Shown piece after piece: positions 51,272 through 62,000 of a DNA stretch of 64,000 bases (positions within the stretch are counted from its first letter, which is position 1; each line of letters begins with the position of its first letter). The translations under genes and the position numbers were made by a program. Origin of the DNA: an uncultured Planctomycetaceae bacterium (lineage in GTDB: Bacteria; Planctomycetota; Planctomycetia; Isosphaerales; Isosphaeraceae); contig CAWIAD010000002.1 of assembly GCA_963833985.1 (NCBI GenBank), positions 4,736,001 through 4,800,000 of the forward strand, given 5' to 3'. The notes under the pieces are model-generated. The model saw only the letters and a program-made list of their open reading frames with translations, was not told the origin of the DNA and searched no databases.

Positions 51272-52634
51272 ATGCAATCCGCAAGTCTGCTCCTGGAACA
51301 AGTGCGACCCGCCGCTTCGAAAACATGGGCGGATGCGGGGTGGCGCTCTGCCTTCCGGCTCTTACCCCTTTCCAGCTTCTCAGCCTTCGGCTGGATCTTG
51401 ACCCTGCTGATGATCTCGGCCGTTCCCGCACTGGCTCAGCAACCGGCCACCGGTTCTTCCAGGAAGCTCGTCATCCCGTTTGATTTTGAGTCCAGGTTCG
51501 ACGAGGGCGAGTACGGCCAGACGATTGGCGATATGCTCTGGACCAGGCTCCATCGCGAGGGCGGCTTCATCCTCCCCGAATCCATGCAGGACGTCCGTGA
51601 CTGGAGCCAGCGCCACCCATACCCTCCCCGGCCCCGATACACCGCTCGCGAAGATGAAGGAGATCGTCGTCACCGAGCAGGCGGGGGATATCGGCATCTG
51701 GGGCAAGGTAGAGCGCGTGCCCGGCTTCGAGACCGACGTCTACGACCTCTGGATCAACGTCGCCGATTTTTCGACCGACCCTCCCCGCTGGATCTATCAA
51801 AAGAAGGCCCGCACGAAGACCGTCAGCGAGATTCCTCACCTCTATGTCAAGGAAGCGCTCGACCGACTTTACGGCCGCACGGAGCAAGCAGCCGGCGGGC
51901 CGGATCCCGCGCTGGAGGAACGCTGGCGCACGGCTCCGAACCTGGTGAAGGGCGACTTCGAGCAAGGGCGTGCCGCGCCGACCGGCTGGGACCCCCTGCC
52001 CCACGGTGTCACCTGGGTGCCAGAAAAAGCCAGAGACGGGAAGGCCGGCAACCGCATCATCCGGTTCACGATGAACGAAGACGTGGCGGGATCGACCGGC
52101 GTGCTCTACTACAGCAGCCTCTTCCCGGTCGAGGAAGGGGCGACCTATCGCTTCCAGTGCCGCTGGCAAACGACCGGCTCGGCTGCCAAGGTCTTCATCA
52201 AGTGCTACGACGAACTGCCGACCTCATTCCGCACCCGCGCCGACGGCGATGCGCTGAAGACGGAGAAACGCGAGATCTATCGCAGCCAGCAGAATCTCCA
52301 GGGTCATCCCGGTGCCTGGAACGTGCAGACCGAGGACTTCACGCCCGAGCACACCCAGTTCACTCCCCGGTGGGGTCGCGTGATGCTCTACGCCTTCTGG
52401 CCGGCGGGAAGCGTCGCATGGGATGACGTCGTCGTGAAGCAGATCAAACCGGCCCCTCCACGGCAGGGCGCAAAGGTCCGTCGTCCTTCCACGGAAACGA
52501 GGGTCCGGAGCCAGGAGATGGAAGACGATTCCCCAGCCCCGAAGGCCCCACAATTTCCCGGCAAAACGCGAGGTCGGCCGCGGCCAGGAATAAACTCGGG
52601 TCCGGATGCCTCGCGCTCGTCACTGCCAGGTTGA
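51272..52634 (+). CDS. Secreted hypothetical protein with C-terminal carbohydrate-binding-like (CBM4/9-type) domain; indel near 51612
   Basis: Signal ..AVPALA-QQ; NLVKGDFE..GW, VEEGATYRF, WDDVVVKQ pattern typical of galactose-binding-like folds. Confidence 0.68.
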
Positions 52635-52723
52635 TCTTGCCCCACTTTCCCGCCATCCTGGAGAGCATGCTCCAGAAGTCTTCCCTCTGGACAGCCACAA
52701 CTGCGCAGGAAGGCGAGGCGACG

Positions 52724-54568
52724 ATGACGATGCTGCATTGGTCCTGGACCTGTTTGGTGCTGCCGGTAATGGCCGTGCTGCCGATGATCGGCGCGGGCTC
52801 GGCCCGCGCCGGCGACGACATCCGCGATGAGGATCTGGCCGCCGTGGCGAAGGCGGACGATCTGCTCAAGGCCATGACGCTGGACGAGAAGATTGGCCAG
52901 ATGACCCAGGCCGACCTGAAGGCCATCAAGGATCAGAACGACATCACCCGCTTCGCCCTGGGCTCGGTGCTCAGCGGCGGTGATTCAGACCCCGACGACA
53001 TCACGCCCGCAGGCTGGGCCAGGACGCACGACGAACTTCAATCCTACGCCCTCAAGAGCCGCCTCAAGGTCCCGCTGATCTACGGGATCGACGCGGTCCA
53101 CGGGCACAACAACGTGGATGGCGCGGTGATCTTCCCGCACAACGTCGGCCTGGGCGCGACACGCGATCCCGGACTGGTCGAGAAGGCCGCGCGAGTCACC
53201 GCGCTCGAACTCGTGGGCACCGGTATCCGCTGGGCCTTCGCACCCTGCCTGGCCGTCGCTCGCGACGAGCGCTGGGGCCGGACTTACGAGAGCTTCGGAG
53301 AAAACCCTGAGCTCGTGCGCGAGATCGGCGCCGCCGCGGTACGCGGCCTCCAGGGGCCCACGCTGGGAGACACCACTTCGGTACTCGCCTGCGCCAAACA
53401 CTTCCTGGGCGACGGCGGCACGACCCACGGCGTGGATCAGGGAAACACCCAGTGCGATCTGGCCACACTCAAGAAGATCCACCTTCCCGGCTACCTCGGC
53501 GCATTCCAGGCCGGGGCGGGGTCGGTCATGCCCTCTTACAGTAGCTGGAACGGCAAGAAGATGCACGGCAACCGTGACCTTCTGACCGGGCTGCTCAAGC
53601 AGGAGCTCGGCTTCTCCGGCTTCATCGTCTCCGACTGGGCCGCCATCGACCAGCTCTCGCGTGATTACAAGACGGCCATCGAGCACTCGATCAATGCCGG
53701 CCTCGACATGGTCATGATCCCCTCTGGGCCAGGGCAAAGAAACAACTATGTCGATTTCATCCGCCTGCTCAAGGAACTGGTGCGGGAGGGGAAAGTGCCG
53801 GAATCCCGGATCGACGACGCGGCCCGACGCATCCTCCTGGTGAAGGCCCGGATGCACCTGTTTGACCATCCCTGCTCTGATCCGTCGCTGACTTCGGCCG
53901 TCGGCTCGGCCGAGCATCGCCAGGTGGCGCGGCAGTGCGTGCAAAAGTCGCTCGTGCTGCTCAAGAATGAGAAACGTGTGCTGCCGGTCTCGAAGCAGGC
54001 CAGGCGTATCGTCCTCGTGGGCAAGGCGGCCGACGACCTGGGAATCCAGTGCGGAGGCTGGACGATCGCCTGGCAAGGTAAAACGGGCCGCGTCACCCAG
54101 GGCGGCACGACGCTCCTGGCCGCCATGAAGCAGGCCGTCCCGTCAGGCACCGAGGTGGTTCATTCCCCTGACGGCTCAGGCGCCGCGGGGGCCGACGCGG
54201 TGATCGTGGTCATCGGCGAGCGCCCCTATGCCGAGATGCGGGGCGATCGCAGGGACCTGAGCCTGCCCGCGGAGGACCTCGCCGCACTGAAGACCGCGAA
54301 AGCGGCCGGTGTCCCCGTGGCGACCGTGGTCTACTCGGGCCGCCCCGTGCTGCTCGGCCCCGTGCTGGAATCGAGCGATGCCGTACTGGCCGCCTGGCTC
54401 CCCGGTACCGAGGGTGCGGGCATCGCCGACGTGCTCCTGGGCGACGTCAAGCCAACCGGCAAGCTCCCCCACTCCTGGCCCCGCTCGATGGACCAGGTCC
54501 CCTGCAACCTCGACGACGGCACCGCCGCCGATCCGCTCTTCCCTTATGGCTACGGCCTGAGCTACTAA
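52724..54568 (+). CDS. Secreted GH3 beta-glucosidase / glucan exohydrolase
   Basis: MTLDEKIGQMTQ, DAVHG, RWGRTYES, CAKHF, IVSDW (nucleophile), PYAE, WLPGTEG, FPYGYGL. Confidence 0.93.
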   Translation: MTMLHWSWTCLVLPVMAVLPMIGAGSARAGDDIRDEDLAAVAKADDLLKAMTLDEKIGQMTQADLKAIKDQNDITRFALGSVLSGGDSDPDDITPAGWARTHDELQSYALKSRLKVPLIYGIDAVHGHNNVDGAVIFPHNVGLGATRDPGLVEKAARVTALELVGTGIRWAFAPCLAVARDERWGRTYESFGENPELVREIGAAAVRGLQGPTLGDTTSVLACAKHFLGDGGTTHGVDQGNTQCDLATLKKIHLPGYLGAFQAGAGSVMPSYSSWNGKKMHGNRDLLTGLLKQELGFSGFIVSDWAAIDQLSRDYKTAIEHSINAGLDMVMIPSGPGQRNNYVDFIRLLKELVREGKVPESRIDDAARRILLVKARMHLFDHPCSDPSLTSAVGSAEHRQVARQCVQKSLVLLKNEKRVLPVSKQARRIVLVGKAADDLGIQCGGWTIAWQGKTGRVTQGGTTLLAAMKQAVPSGTEVVHSPDGSGAAGADAVIVVIGERPYAEMRGDRRDLSLPAEDLAALKTAKAAGVPVATVVYSGRPVLLGPVLESSDAVLAAWLPGTEGAGIADVLLGDVKPTGKLPHSWPRSMDQVPCNLDDGTAADPLFPYGYGLSY

Positions 54569-54592
54569 GTAGCTCCCCGTAAGAGGGAAAGT

Positions 54593-54643
54593 GTGGAACG
54601 GCCGCCCTCGGCCGTCCTGAGCCAGCCGAGGGCGGCTGGCCCA
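54593..54643. repeat. Inverted pair of GTGG-type REP-like hairpins
   Basis: GTGGAACGGCCGCCCTCGGCCGT followed by the inverted CCAGCCGAGGGCGGCTGGCCCA; 12-nt perfect complement GCCGCCCTCGGC/GCCGAGGGCGGC. Confidence 0.7.
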
Positions 54644-54770
54644 GATTCCAAGAGGCGAGGATCTATTTAGGCGAGACGATTCGGCGGATCTCGTAAAACA
54701 TTGCGGACCGAACGGACCGAACACCGTGGGTTCTCCAGGTTCGGCTGATGATCCAGGTCAAGGGGATGTG

Positions 54771-56102
54771 ATGACAATGACGCGCTGGTTCGACTCGCTC
54801 CAGTCCGCGATCGAGACCTCGTCGGTTCGCGTGGGCATCATCGGGTTGGGGTACGTTGGTCTGCCGCTCGCCCGTGCCTTCGCCGCGAAAGGCATCGCAG
54901 TCCTTGGCTTCGACGTCGATCCCGAAAAAGTCGCCAGGCTGGACCGTGGCCAGAGCTACATCGGCCACATTCCCGATGAAACGATCCGGCAGATGCGCGC
55001 GCAGGGGTTCGAGGCAACCACGTCCTTCGAGCGGCTGGACGAGCCCGACGTGATCATCATCTGCGTGCCAACCCCCTTGACCGACGCCCGCGAACCCGAC
55101 CTGACCTATATCGTGAAGTCGGCCGAGGCGATCGCATCACGCTTACGTCCGGGCCAGCTCATCGTGCTCGAGAGCACGACTTATCCCGGGACCACGCGTG
55201 ACGTTCTGCTCCCTGTGCTGGCGGCGCGGGGGTTGACCCCGGGCACCGACTTTTTCCTCGCATTCAGCCCGGAGCGTGAAGATCCGGGCAACCCCCAGTT
55301 CTCGGCGCCCACCATTCCCAAGGTCGTGGGAGGGCTGGACGCCGCCAGCCTCGAGCTCGCCGCGGCCCTTTACGGCAAGGTGGTCGTCCGCGTCGTGCCG
55401 GTCTCGAGCCCCGAGGTGGCCGAGGCCTCCAAGATCCTCGAGAACACGTACCGCGCCGTGAACATCGCCCTGGTGAACGAGCTGAAGATGCTCTACGACC
55501 GCATGGGCATCAACGTCTGGGAGGTGATCGAGGCGGCGAAGAGCAAGCCCTTTGGCTTCCAGGCGTTCTATCCGGGCCCCGGCCTGGGCGGCCACTGTAT
55601 CCCGATCGATCCCTTTTACCTCACCTGGGTGGCCCGCAAGCACGGCCTGGCCACGCGTTTCATCGAGCTGGCCGGAGAAATCAACACGGCGATGCCCGCT
55701 TACGTGGTCAGCCGGGTGGCCGATGCGCTGAATTCTGACCGCAAATCCATCAACGGCAGCAAGATCACGCTGCTGGGCATGGCCTACAAGAAGGACGTGG
55801 ACGATCCTCGCGAGTCCCCCGGTTTCGAGCTCATGCAGTTGCTTTTGAACAAGGGGGCCGAGGTTCGCTACAACGACCCCCACATCCCCGTGCTGCCGCC
55901 GATGCGCCACTATCCGAACCTGCACATGTCGAGCACCGCATTGACCCCCGAGTTCCTCGCCGCGCAGGATTGCGTCCTCATCGTCACCGACCACTCGGCC
56001 TACGACTGGCCCTGGATCGCCACCCATGCCCATCTCATCGTCGATACCCGCAATGCCCTGAAAAACGTCTCCAGTTCGCAAGCCACGATCGTCCGGGGAT
56101 GA
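54771..56102 (+). CDS. Nucleotide-sugar 6-dehydrogenase (UDP-GlcNAc dehydrogenase, WbpA/WecC family)
   Basis: GLGYVGLP, ICVPTP, LESTTYPG, FSPEREDPGN, KILENTYR, GGHCIPIDP, AYKKDVDDPRES. Confidence 0.93.
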   Translation: MTMTRWFDSLQSAIETSSVRVGIIGLGYVGLPLARAFAAKGIAVLGFDVDPEKVARLDRGQSYIGHIPDETIRQMRAQGFEATTSFERLDEPDVIIICVPTPLTDAREPDLTYIVKSAEAIASRLRPGQLIVLESTTYPGTTRDVLLPVLAARGLTPGTDFFLAFSPEREDPGNPQFSAPTIPKVVGGLDAASLELAAALYGKVVVRVVPVSSPEVAEASKILENTYRAVNIALVNELKMLYDRMGINVWEVIEAAKSKPFGFQAFYPGPGLGGHCIPIDPFYLTWVARKHGLATRFIELAGEINTAMPAYVVSRVADALNSDRKSINGSKITLLGMAYKKDVDDPRESPGFELMQLLLNKGAEVRYNDPHIPVLPPMRHYPNLHMSSTALTPEFLAAQDCVLIVTDHSAYDWPWIATHAHLIVDTRNALKNVSSSQATIVRG

Positions 56103-56123
56103 TGTCCCCGGCTTTTTCCTTTT
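56093..56123 (+). terminator. Intrinsic terminator overlapping the dehydrogenase stop codon
   Basis: CCGGGGA-TGATG-TCCCCGG followed by CTTTTTCCTTTT. Confidence 0.6.
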
Positions 56124-56446
56124 GATGTCCCGTGGGCCCCGCGGCGCGGGCTCGTCCGCGCCAGAGACTTGCGAAGAGCCTCAGGTCACTCGCCCCGAGA
56201 CGATGTGATACCTTCAAGGAACGGGACCCGGCGATGGTTGGCTTTGCAGTCGGGAGAAAAGCGAAGGCTCGAAGTGCGCGCAAGTTCCGGCACGGCGGAT
56301 CGGTCGATGAAACGCCATCGTTTCGTCGTGACGCTACCACAACCGGGCCGGGCGACACCGCGCCGTGTAGCCTCCGTTCTGCCGGCTGGCGGGCTGTGCG
56401 GCTGGCTTCCTGAGGGAACATGTCGGTCTGCAAGGTCGGGAAGCTC

Positions 56447-57439
56447 TTACCGCGGTAGGGGCGAAAGTTCGAGATCGCTCGTACCCGCTTCGCCCGGCTG
56501 CGAAGCCTGGTTACGCCTGTACAGGGATGTCCGGAGGCGGCTGCCGGCCGACCAGATCCTGTGGCTCAATCGCGCGGCGATCGACCGGGCGGCCAGGCCA
56601 TACTGGCCCATTCCGAGCTGCCAGCGGAACCCATGGGCCCAGACGGCTCCGAACCGCGTCACGGTATCAATGGCGCGCCAGTCGATCTCACACCGCGATC
56701 CCAGGTGGTTCACAAGATGGTCGAGCACACTCCCCCCGTACGGCCTGCCCCGGGATGTATAGAAATGGAGAATCCTGGCATGGAGGGCCAAACTCGGGTG
56801 GGTAAGGACCATCGCATTCAGGTCGACGGGCAGGATGGCAGGACGGATGCCCAGCGCCTCGATGGCGCTATTGAACGACGGCTGGTCACGATACTCTCCA
56901 ACCTGATCGAACAGGGCCTTCCATCTCCGATGCCACTCGAGCCCCAGGGCTCGGGCCTCGGGCTGATTGCCAAAGTGGATGACGCCGCTATTCAGGTAGC
57001 ACTGCTGAGGTTGGTGCCAGCCTGCCCCCAGGAAGAGCCGGCGGACGTCATCAGGGAAGTGCGGCTCGGGATCGACGGGATTGCGGTCGAACGCCACCGA
57101 CAGCGGTGCGGCCGTCTCGAAGATCTCGTCGAAAGGCCGGATCGGCAGCGTGTCGGCATCGAGAAACAGGAACGGTCCATCGACGACTTGCCGCATCGAC
57201 GTCTTGAGAAACCGGCTCCTCGGCGCCAGGTCTTCAAGTCCGGTCTCCAGGACAACCAGCTGGTCGGCCAGGCACCTGGCATCGAACGGGGTGCGTGCGG
57301 GCAAGCGGGATGTCGCGGCATCCATGAGGATCGTGATGCGGGCCGCGGGATGAAGTCGGCGCACGCACATGGCCGAGATGTAGGTCATCTCAGGGTAACA
57401 GTCGTCCCCGGAACTCGAGATACAATAACAGACATGCAT
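56447..57439 (-). CDS. GT-A fold glycosyltransferase (GT8-like)
   Basis: SRFLKT, FLFLDADT (DxD), LNSGVI, RDQPSFN, ILHFY; start uncertain (57439 or 57520). Confidence 0.8.
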   Translation of the reverse strand: MHVCYCISSSGDDCYPEMTYISAMCVRRLHPAARITILMDAATSRLPARTPFDARCLADQLVVLETGLEDLAPRSRFLKTSMRQVVDGPFLFLDADTLPIRPFDEIFETAAPLSVAFDRNPVDPEPHFPDDVRRLFLGAGWHQPQQCYLNSGVIHFGNQPEARALGLEWHRRWKALFDQVGEYRDQPSFNSAIEALGIRPAILPVDLNAMVLTHPSLALHARILHFYTSRGRPYGGSVLDHLVNHLGSRCEIDWRAIDTVTRFGAVWAHGFRWQLGMGQYGLAARSIAARLSHRIWSAGSRLRTSLYRRNQASQPGEAGTSDLELSPLPR

Positions 57440-57767
57440 AGAATGCTTGAAAACCGCGTGCGGCGTTGTCGCGGTGCGCAGAGAACGTCCACTGGGAAAG
57501 GGCAACACTGACTGGGCCACCGAACACGTTGAGCAGATCGCTTCTTCGGGAATGCCGCCTGGCGTCGAGCAGCAGTGTGGCAGTGGCCGTCGTTGGGGGA
57601 GTCAGATCCGTTCGTAAAGCGATCGATCGGTTCATCATCGGTAGCTGGGGGCGAAGGTTCAACATCCAAAACTTAGGACAAGTTCTGAGGTAGAGTCAAG
57701 CAGAAAACGACGGGATCTCGCACTCGCGCACCCGCATCAGCGCCGGCAACTTGCTTTCTTACGAAGT

Positions 57768-57795
57768 GGTGTCCACGGCCCCGGCCGTGGACACC
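57768..57795. repeat. Perfect 13-bp-arm hairpin (REP-like or terminator)
   Basis: GGTGTCCACGGCC-CC-GGCCGTGGACACC, downstream of the PEP-CTERM gene. Confidence 0.65.
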
Positions 57796-58053
57796 TTCGC
57801 GGACGAGCGGGAAAGGCATGAGGATGGGATGGACGACACCGCGGGCCGGTCGACCCGATCGCGTGTTGGCTCGCAGCGGGCAGTGGCCGGGGTGGTGCCT
57901 GCCCGCCTGCCTGCCAGAGCGAGACGGCTGGCCCGAGACGGCCCGCCCGGCTCAAGGACTGGTCTTCCTGGACCATGAGCGGGCGGGACTGCAAGGCTCG
58001 GGCGATTGTGGCGCAATCGACCTTTGCGGTTCGTTGCGCCTCAGGCGGTCCAC

Positions 58054-58772
58054 TCAGGCCTTGCCCTTTGCGGTGCGCCGACGGCGCCGCCAGACGTTGG
58101 CACCGAAGCCCAGAGCGCCAGGCCGGCGATGGCAAAAGTGCTGGGTTCGGGGACGGCAGCGGGGGTGACAGTCACCGCACCGAGAAGGATATTCGGGTAG
58201 ACGGTCGTGGGGTTCCACCAGGGGCCGGTCGTGTACGATTTGTGAACCTCGGTAATCAGATACTGGAAGTCCGTCGCTCCAGGTCCGATCTGAAGGCTCA
58301 GCGAGCTACCCTGGCCATACGTCCCCATGAGGCTATTGTTGGCCAGGTCATAGACAGCCGCGACATCGTGGCTACTGTTCTGCACGCTGCCGAATGTGAT
58401 GTAATACGGCTGGCTCTGCTGGACGGCCGAGAAATCCAGTTTGATACCATAACCGTAGACGATCTCGTTGTTGCCCGTGGGGTCGGACTTCAGACCTAGT
58501 CCGGTTTCGTTCGACACCGGCGCCTTCTCGTACAGAGTATTGCTGCCCGATGTCGACGCAGAGCCCGCGTTGGTCAACGAATAATCGCTTTGTTTGATCG
58601 AGATGCCCTGAATGGCCGTCGCCGTCAGGGACTGACCGGAGATCGTGTACGTTTGCGAGTAAAGACCCGTATTGTTGTTCGAGGTGAAGTTAAAAAACGT
58701 CACCTGCGCCTGTGCAGACGCGCCGAGCGATAGCACCACGGCCATCGCCAGTAGACCACTGAATCGTCTCAC
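58054..58772 (-). CDS. PEP-CTERM sorting-domain protein; indel near 58113
   Basis: AGGAGA RBS + GTG, signal ..GASAQA-Q, S/T/N/G-rich body, VPEPST-FAIAGLAL then shifted LGFGANVWRRRRRTAKGKA*. Confidence 0.88.
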
Positions 58773-59028
58773 GGAAATTCTCCTGGGATAATGCTGGGAA
58801 CGGTTTTCGATAATCTCAAACTTTTGTGCCTTGCTCACACTGAGTCACAGGCTTGCAAAGCAGGTTTACCGGGGTGACCGAGAGCGATGAAGCCTTCGGT
58901 CGAAGCTTACGGGTTCGGGAGCTGTGGGTTTCCTCCTTTCTGCTTGACTCGGTGATCAGCCTTGTGTCAGGAGCGAGTTGGCGACTCATCGGAGCCGACG
59001 TAGATCGAGTACTTGAACCCGCATCCTT

Positions 59029-62000
59029 TCAACTGCTCCCGGTCTGGCCGAGTGGTAAGTCCTTGTGCATTTGTTGCAGCACTGCCTGCTCAAGTGCGTC
59101 AAGCATTTGAGCCTTCAGGCCAAGCTTTTCGGCGTCCCCCATTTCTTTTCGCGCCAGGTCGGACTGGCCTTGTGCCTGAAGCGCCCAGGCCAGGTGAAAT
59201 GCGAAGCGCGGCACCTTGGGCGCCTGTTTTCGGATCGACCGCAGCGCCTCCACTGCCTGATCGATCTGGCCGGCCTTGATCCGGACAACAGCCTGCGTAT
59301 CGAGCACGGACACGTTCTCTCCGAGAGTCTCGGCCGCCCGATTGATGAGCTCCAGGGCCTCCTGGGGCTTGCCCTGATCTCGCATGGCCAGCAGCCAGGC
59401 CAGCGCATTGAGGGCACCGACGTTTTCGGGGTCGCTCGCCAGCGTGCGACGGCACAGCGTCTCCGCCTCGTCGTAATGATTCTGGCGAATCCAGATCGCG
59501 CTCAGGCCCCCGACCAGCACGGCTGAGTCGGGCCGCTTCTGAAGCGCCTCAACGCTCCAGGCTTCCACCTGGTGTTTCTGGGCCTCATCCGCTGACGGTG
59601 CATCGAAGACCGAGATCGCGGCTGCGGCAACCATTTCGGGACGACAGGTTGACCAGGCCTTCCGGAAGATGGTCATTGCCTCGTTCACGCGGTCCTGAGC
59701 GACGAGGAACCGCGCCAGGGCGAGAACGCGCTCGGGCTCCCTGGGGTCGCGAGCGATGTAGGCCTTGTAGGCTTGCTCGGCCTCCCTGGTAAACCCGTAA
59801 CGGCTCAGGAGGTCGGCCACGAGGCCGATCTGGTCCGGAATCTGGCGGCCGCGGGCGACAAGAAGCGCCAGAACCTGCGGCTTGCGATTCCGCACGTCAA
59901 GGAGTCGCGCCTCCAGCTCCAGCGCCGCGATTCCGTTCGGCTCTACCTGCTTCAGCTCGCCCAGCCAGCGCTCGGCCTGATCAAGCTGGTTCTGGCCGAT
60001 CCAGTAATTGACAAAGTGGGCCAGGTGCTGCGGGCTCCTGGTCCTTGATTTCAAAAGCTTGAACATCTCGTCCTGGTACTTCTGCTCCTCGCGCTGGGCC
60101 AGGTAGAGCTGGGCCAGCAGGAATTGCTCGTTGGAATCCAGCCGGTTCGCAGCCCCCAGCGGCTCAAGAACATCGACGGCCTCGCCGCGCCGGCTCGGCC
60201 GCAGCGCCAGCAAGTTCCCCTTGAGGAGCTGATCCGCCACGCTGCCCGGGTCGTCCTTCAGGTTCTGCTCGACGAGCGCGAGCGCCTGATCCTGGGCGGC
60301 CAGCCGGCCCCTGCCCAGCAGCAGCTCGGCACGGGTCCGGTGGATCCACGCCTTGTCGGTCCTGGATACCTGCGCAAGCTGTTCGAGCCAGTTCAGGAAT
60401 TCCTCGACCTTGTCGGGGCGGTTCTGGGCGGCGGCCACGATCGTGGCGATCTTCAGCGCCTCGGGATCAGCCGGCTTCCCACCAGAGTTCAGGGCCTTGC
60501 CTATCTGCGCCTCGGCCCGCTTCAGATCGCCAACGGCCATCCAGCAGAGAGCCAGTGTCACGTCGGCCCGATCGGCGGGCAGGGCCTGCTGGGCCGCGTC
60601 GATCGCGCTCTTGGCCTGATCGATCTGCCTGGTCTGCGTGAGGTACTGCACGTGGGCCAGCCACGCCTCGGGTACTCCCGGGCCCAGTTCCACGGCCCGC
60701 CGGAATTCCTTGCCCGCCGCCTCGTTCCGCCCCGCGGTCGCGTAGAACCGGCCGAGCGCAAGATGGTCGCCGGCGCGGGTCGAGGTGTCGCTGTAGACCT
60801 GGCGCACCAGCGCGATCCCCTCGTCGAAACTCTGCTTTTGCATCGCCTCGACGGCCTTGATGAGGGTGATCTCGTCGAGGGCGACGCCGCGCTCCCGCAG
60901 CACCTGGGCGACGTGATCAATTTCCGCGAACCGGCTGCGCTGGTAGAGCAACCCCACGAGCCGGCGCGCGAACGACGGCTGGACGTTGCCCAGGTCAACG
61001 GCGCGGAGATCCTGCTCGATCGCCAGGTCGAGATTGCCGGCCAGATCGGCGAGCTCACCAGTCAGGGTCGGCCCGGCCCACCAGTCGGGCCGCTGCTGCT
61101 CGATCTCGGCCGCCAGCACACGGGCTTGCTCCAGGTCCTGGGAAACCCCCTTCCGTGCCTTTTCGATCAGCAGTGCCGCCTGGGCGAACCGCCAGTGCGT
61201 CCCCCTGTCGCCCTCCAGCTTGTGCAGGTCCTGGACGAGATCGGCGGCAGCCGCGTGGTCGCCGGCCTCGATGGCCAGATCGAAGAGGGTCAGCCGGACC
61301 TGGAGGTTCTCCGGCTGGAGCGCGGCCAGCTCGGCCAGGTGCTCCCGCGCCCTGGCCGGCTCACGGAGACGAATCTCCGTCACCGTCAGCCCGTCCAGAA
61401 ATGCGGGCCGGTCGGCGGCGGCAACCTGCGCCCGCGTCTCCGCCAGCTTCGCCACGGCGGCCTTCGCTGCTTCATCACCTTGCCGCCCCCAGTGGTCCAG
61501 ACGGGCGAGCTGGATGGACAGGCTCGGGCCCAGATCCTTTTCCGCCTGGTCGATGATCTTCAAGGATTCCACTCCCTTGCCCTGGCGCTGGGCAACCCGG
61601 GCAAGAGCAAGCCGGTACGGGAGATTGCGCGGGTCCTTCGCCTGGGCCTCGGTGAGCAGCTTCCCGGCCTCGTCCATCCGGTCCCGGGCGACCAGCATCT
61701 CGGCTCGGAGCAGCGTCAGCCGCTCGGCCGAACCGGGCAGGGCCTTGCCGGCAAGGCTCAACTGCCGTTCGACTTCACGCCAGACAGCCGGGTCGCGCGG
61801 TGTCCGGTTGGCTTTCTGAATCAAGGCCGACAGGAGATCGAGCCTGAGCTCGGGCACACGCTCCGCCAGGGGTGCGAGCACCGCGATCGCGTCATCGAGC
61901 TTGCCGGCTCGCACCAGCGAGCGGGCGTACTCGACGCGCGTCGATTCGCCCGCGAGCCGGTTCTCCGCCACGTCCCGCAGCGCCCGGAGCCTTTGCTCCT

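Larger units (their letters stand above)
57693..58950. repeat. 14-bp perfect inverted repeat pair flanking the PEP-CTERM gene
   Basis: GAGTCAAGCAGAAA at 57693-57706 and TTTCTGCTTGACTC at 58937-58950, both intergenic. Confidence 0.55.

Noticed and set aside
56130..56440. ORFs or repeats between the dehydrogenase and GT8
   Set aside because: Only weak low-complexity purine-rich words; no consistent repeat unit or coding signal.
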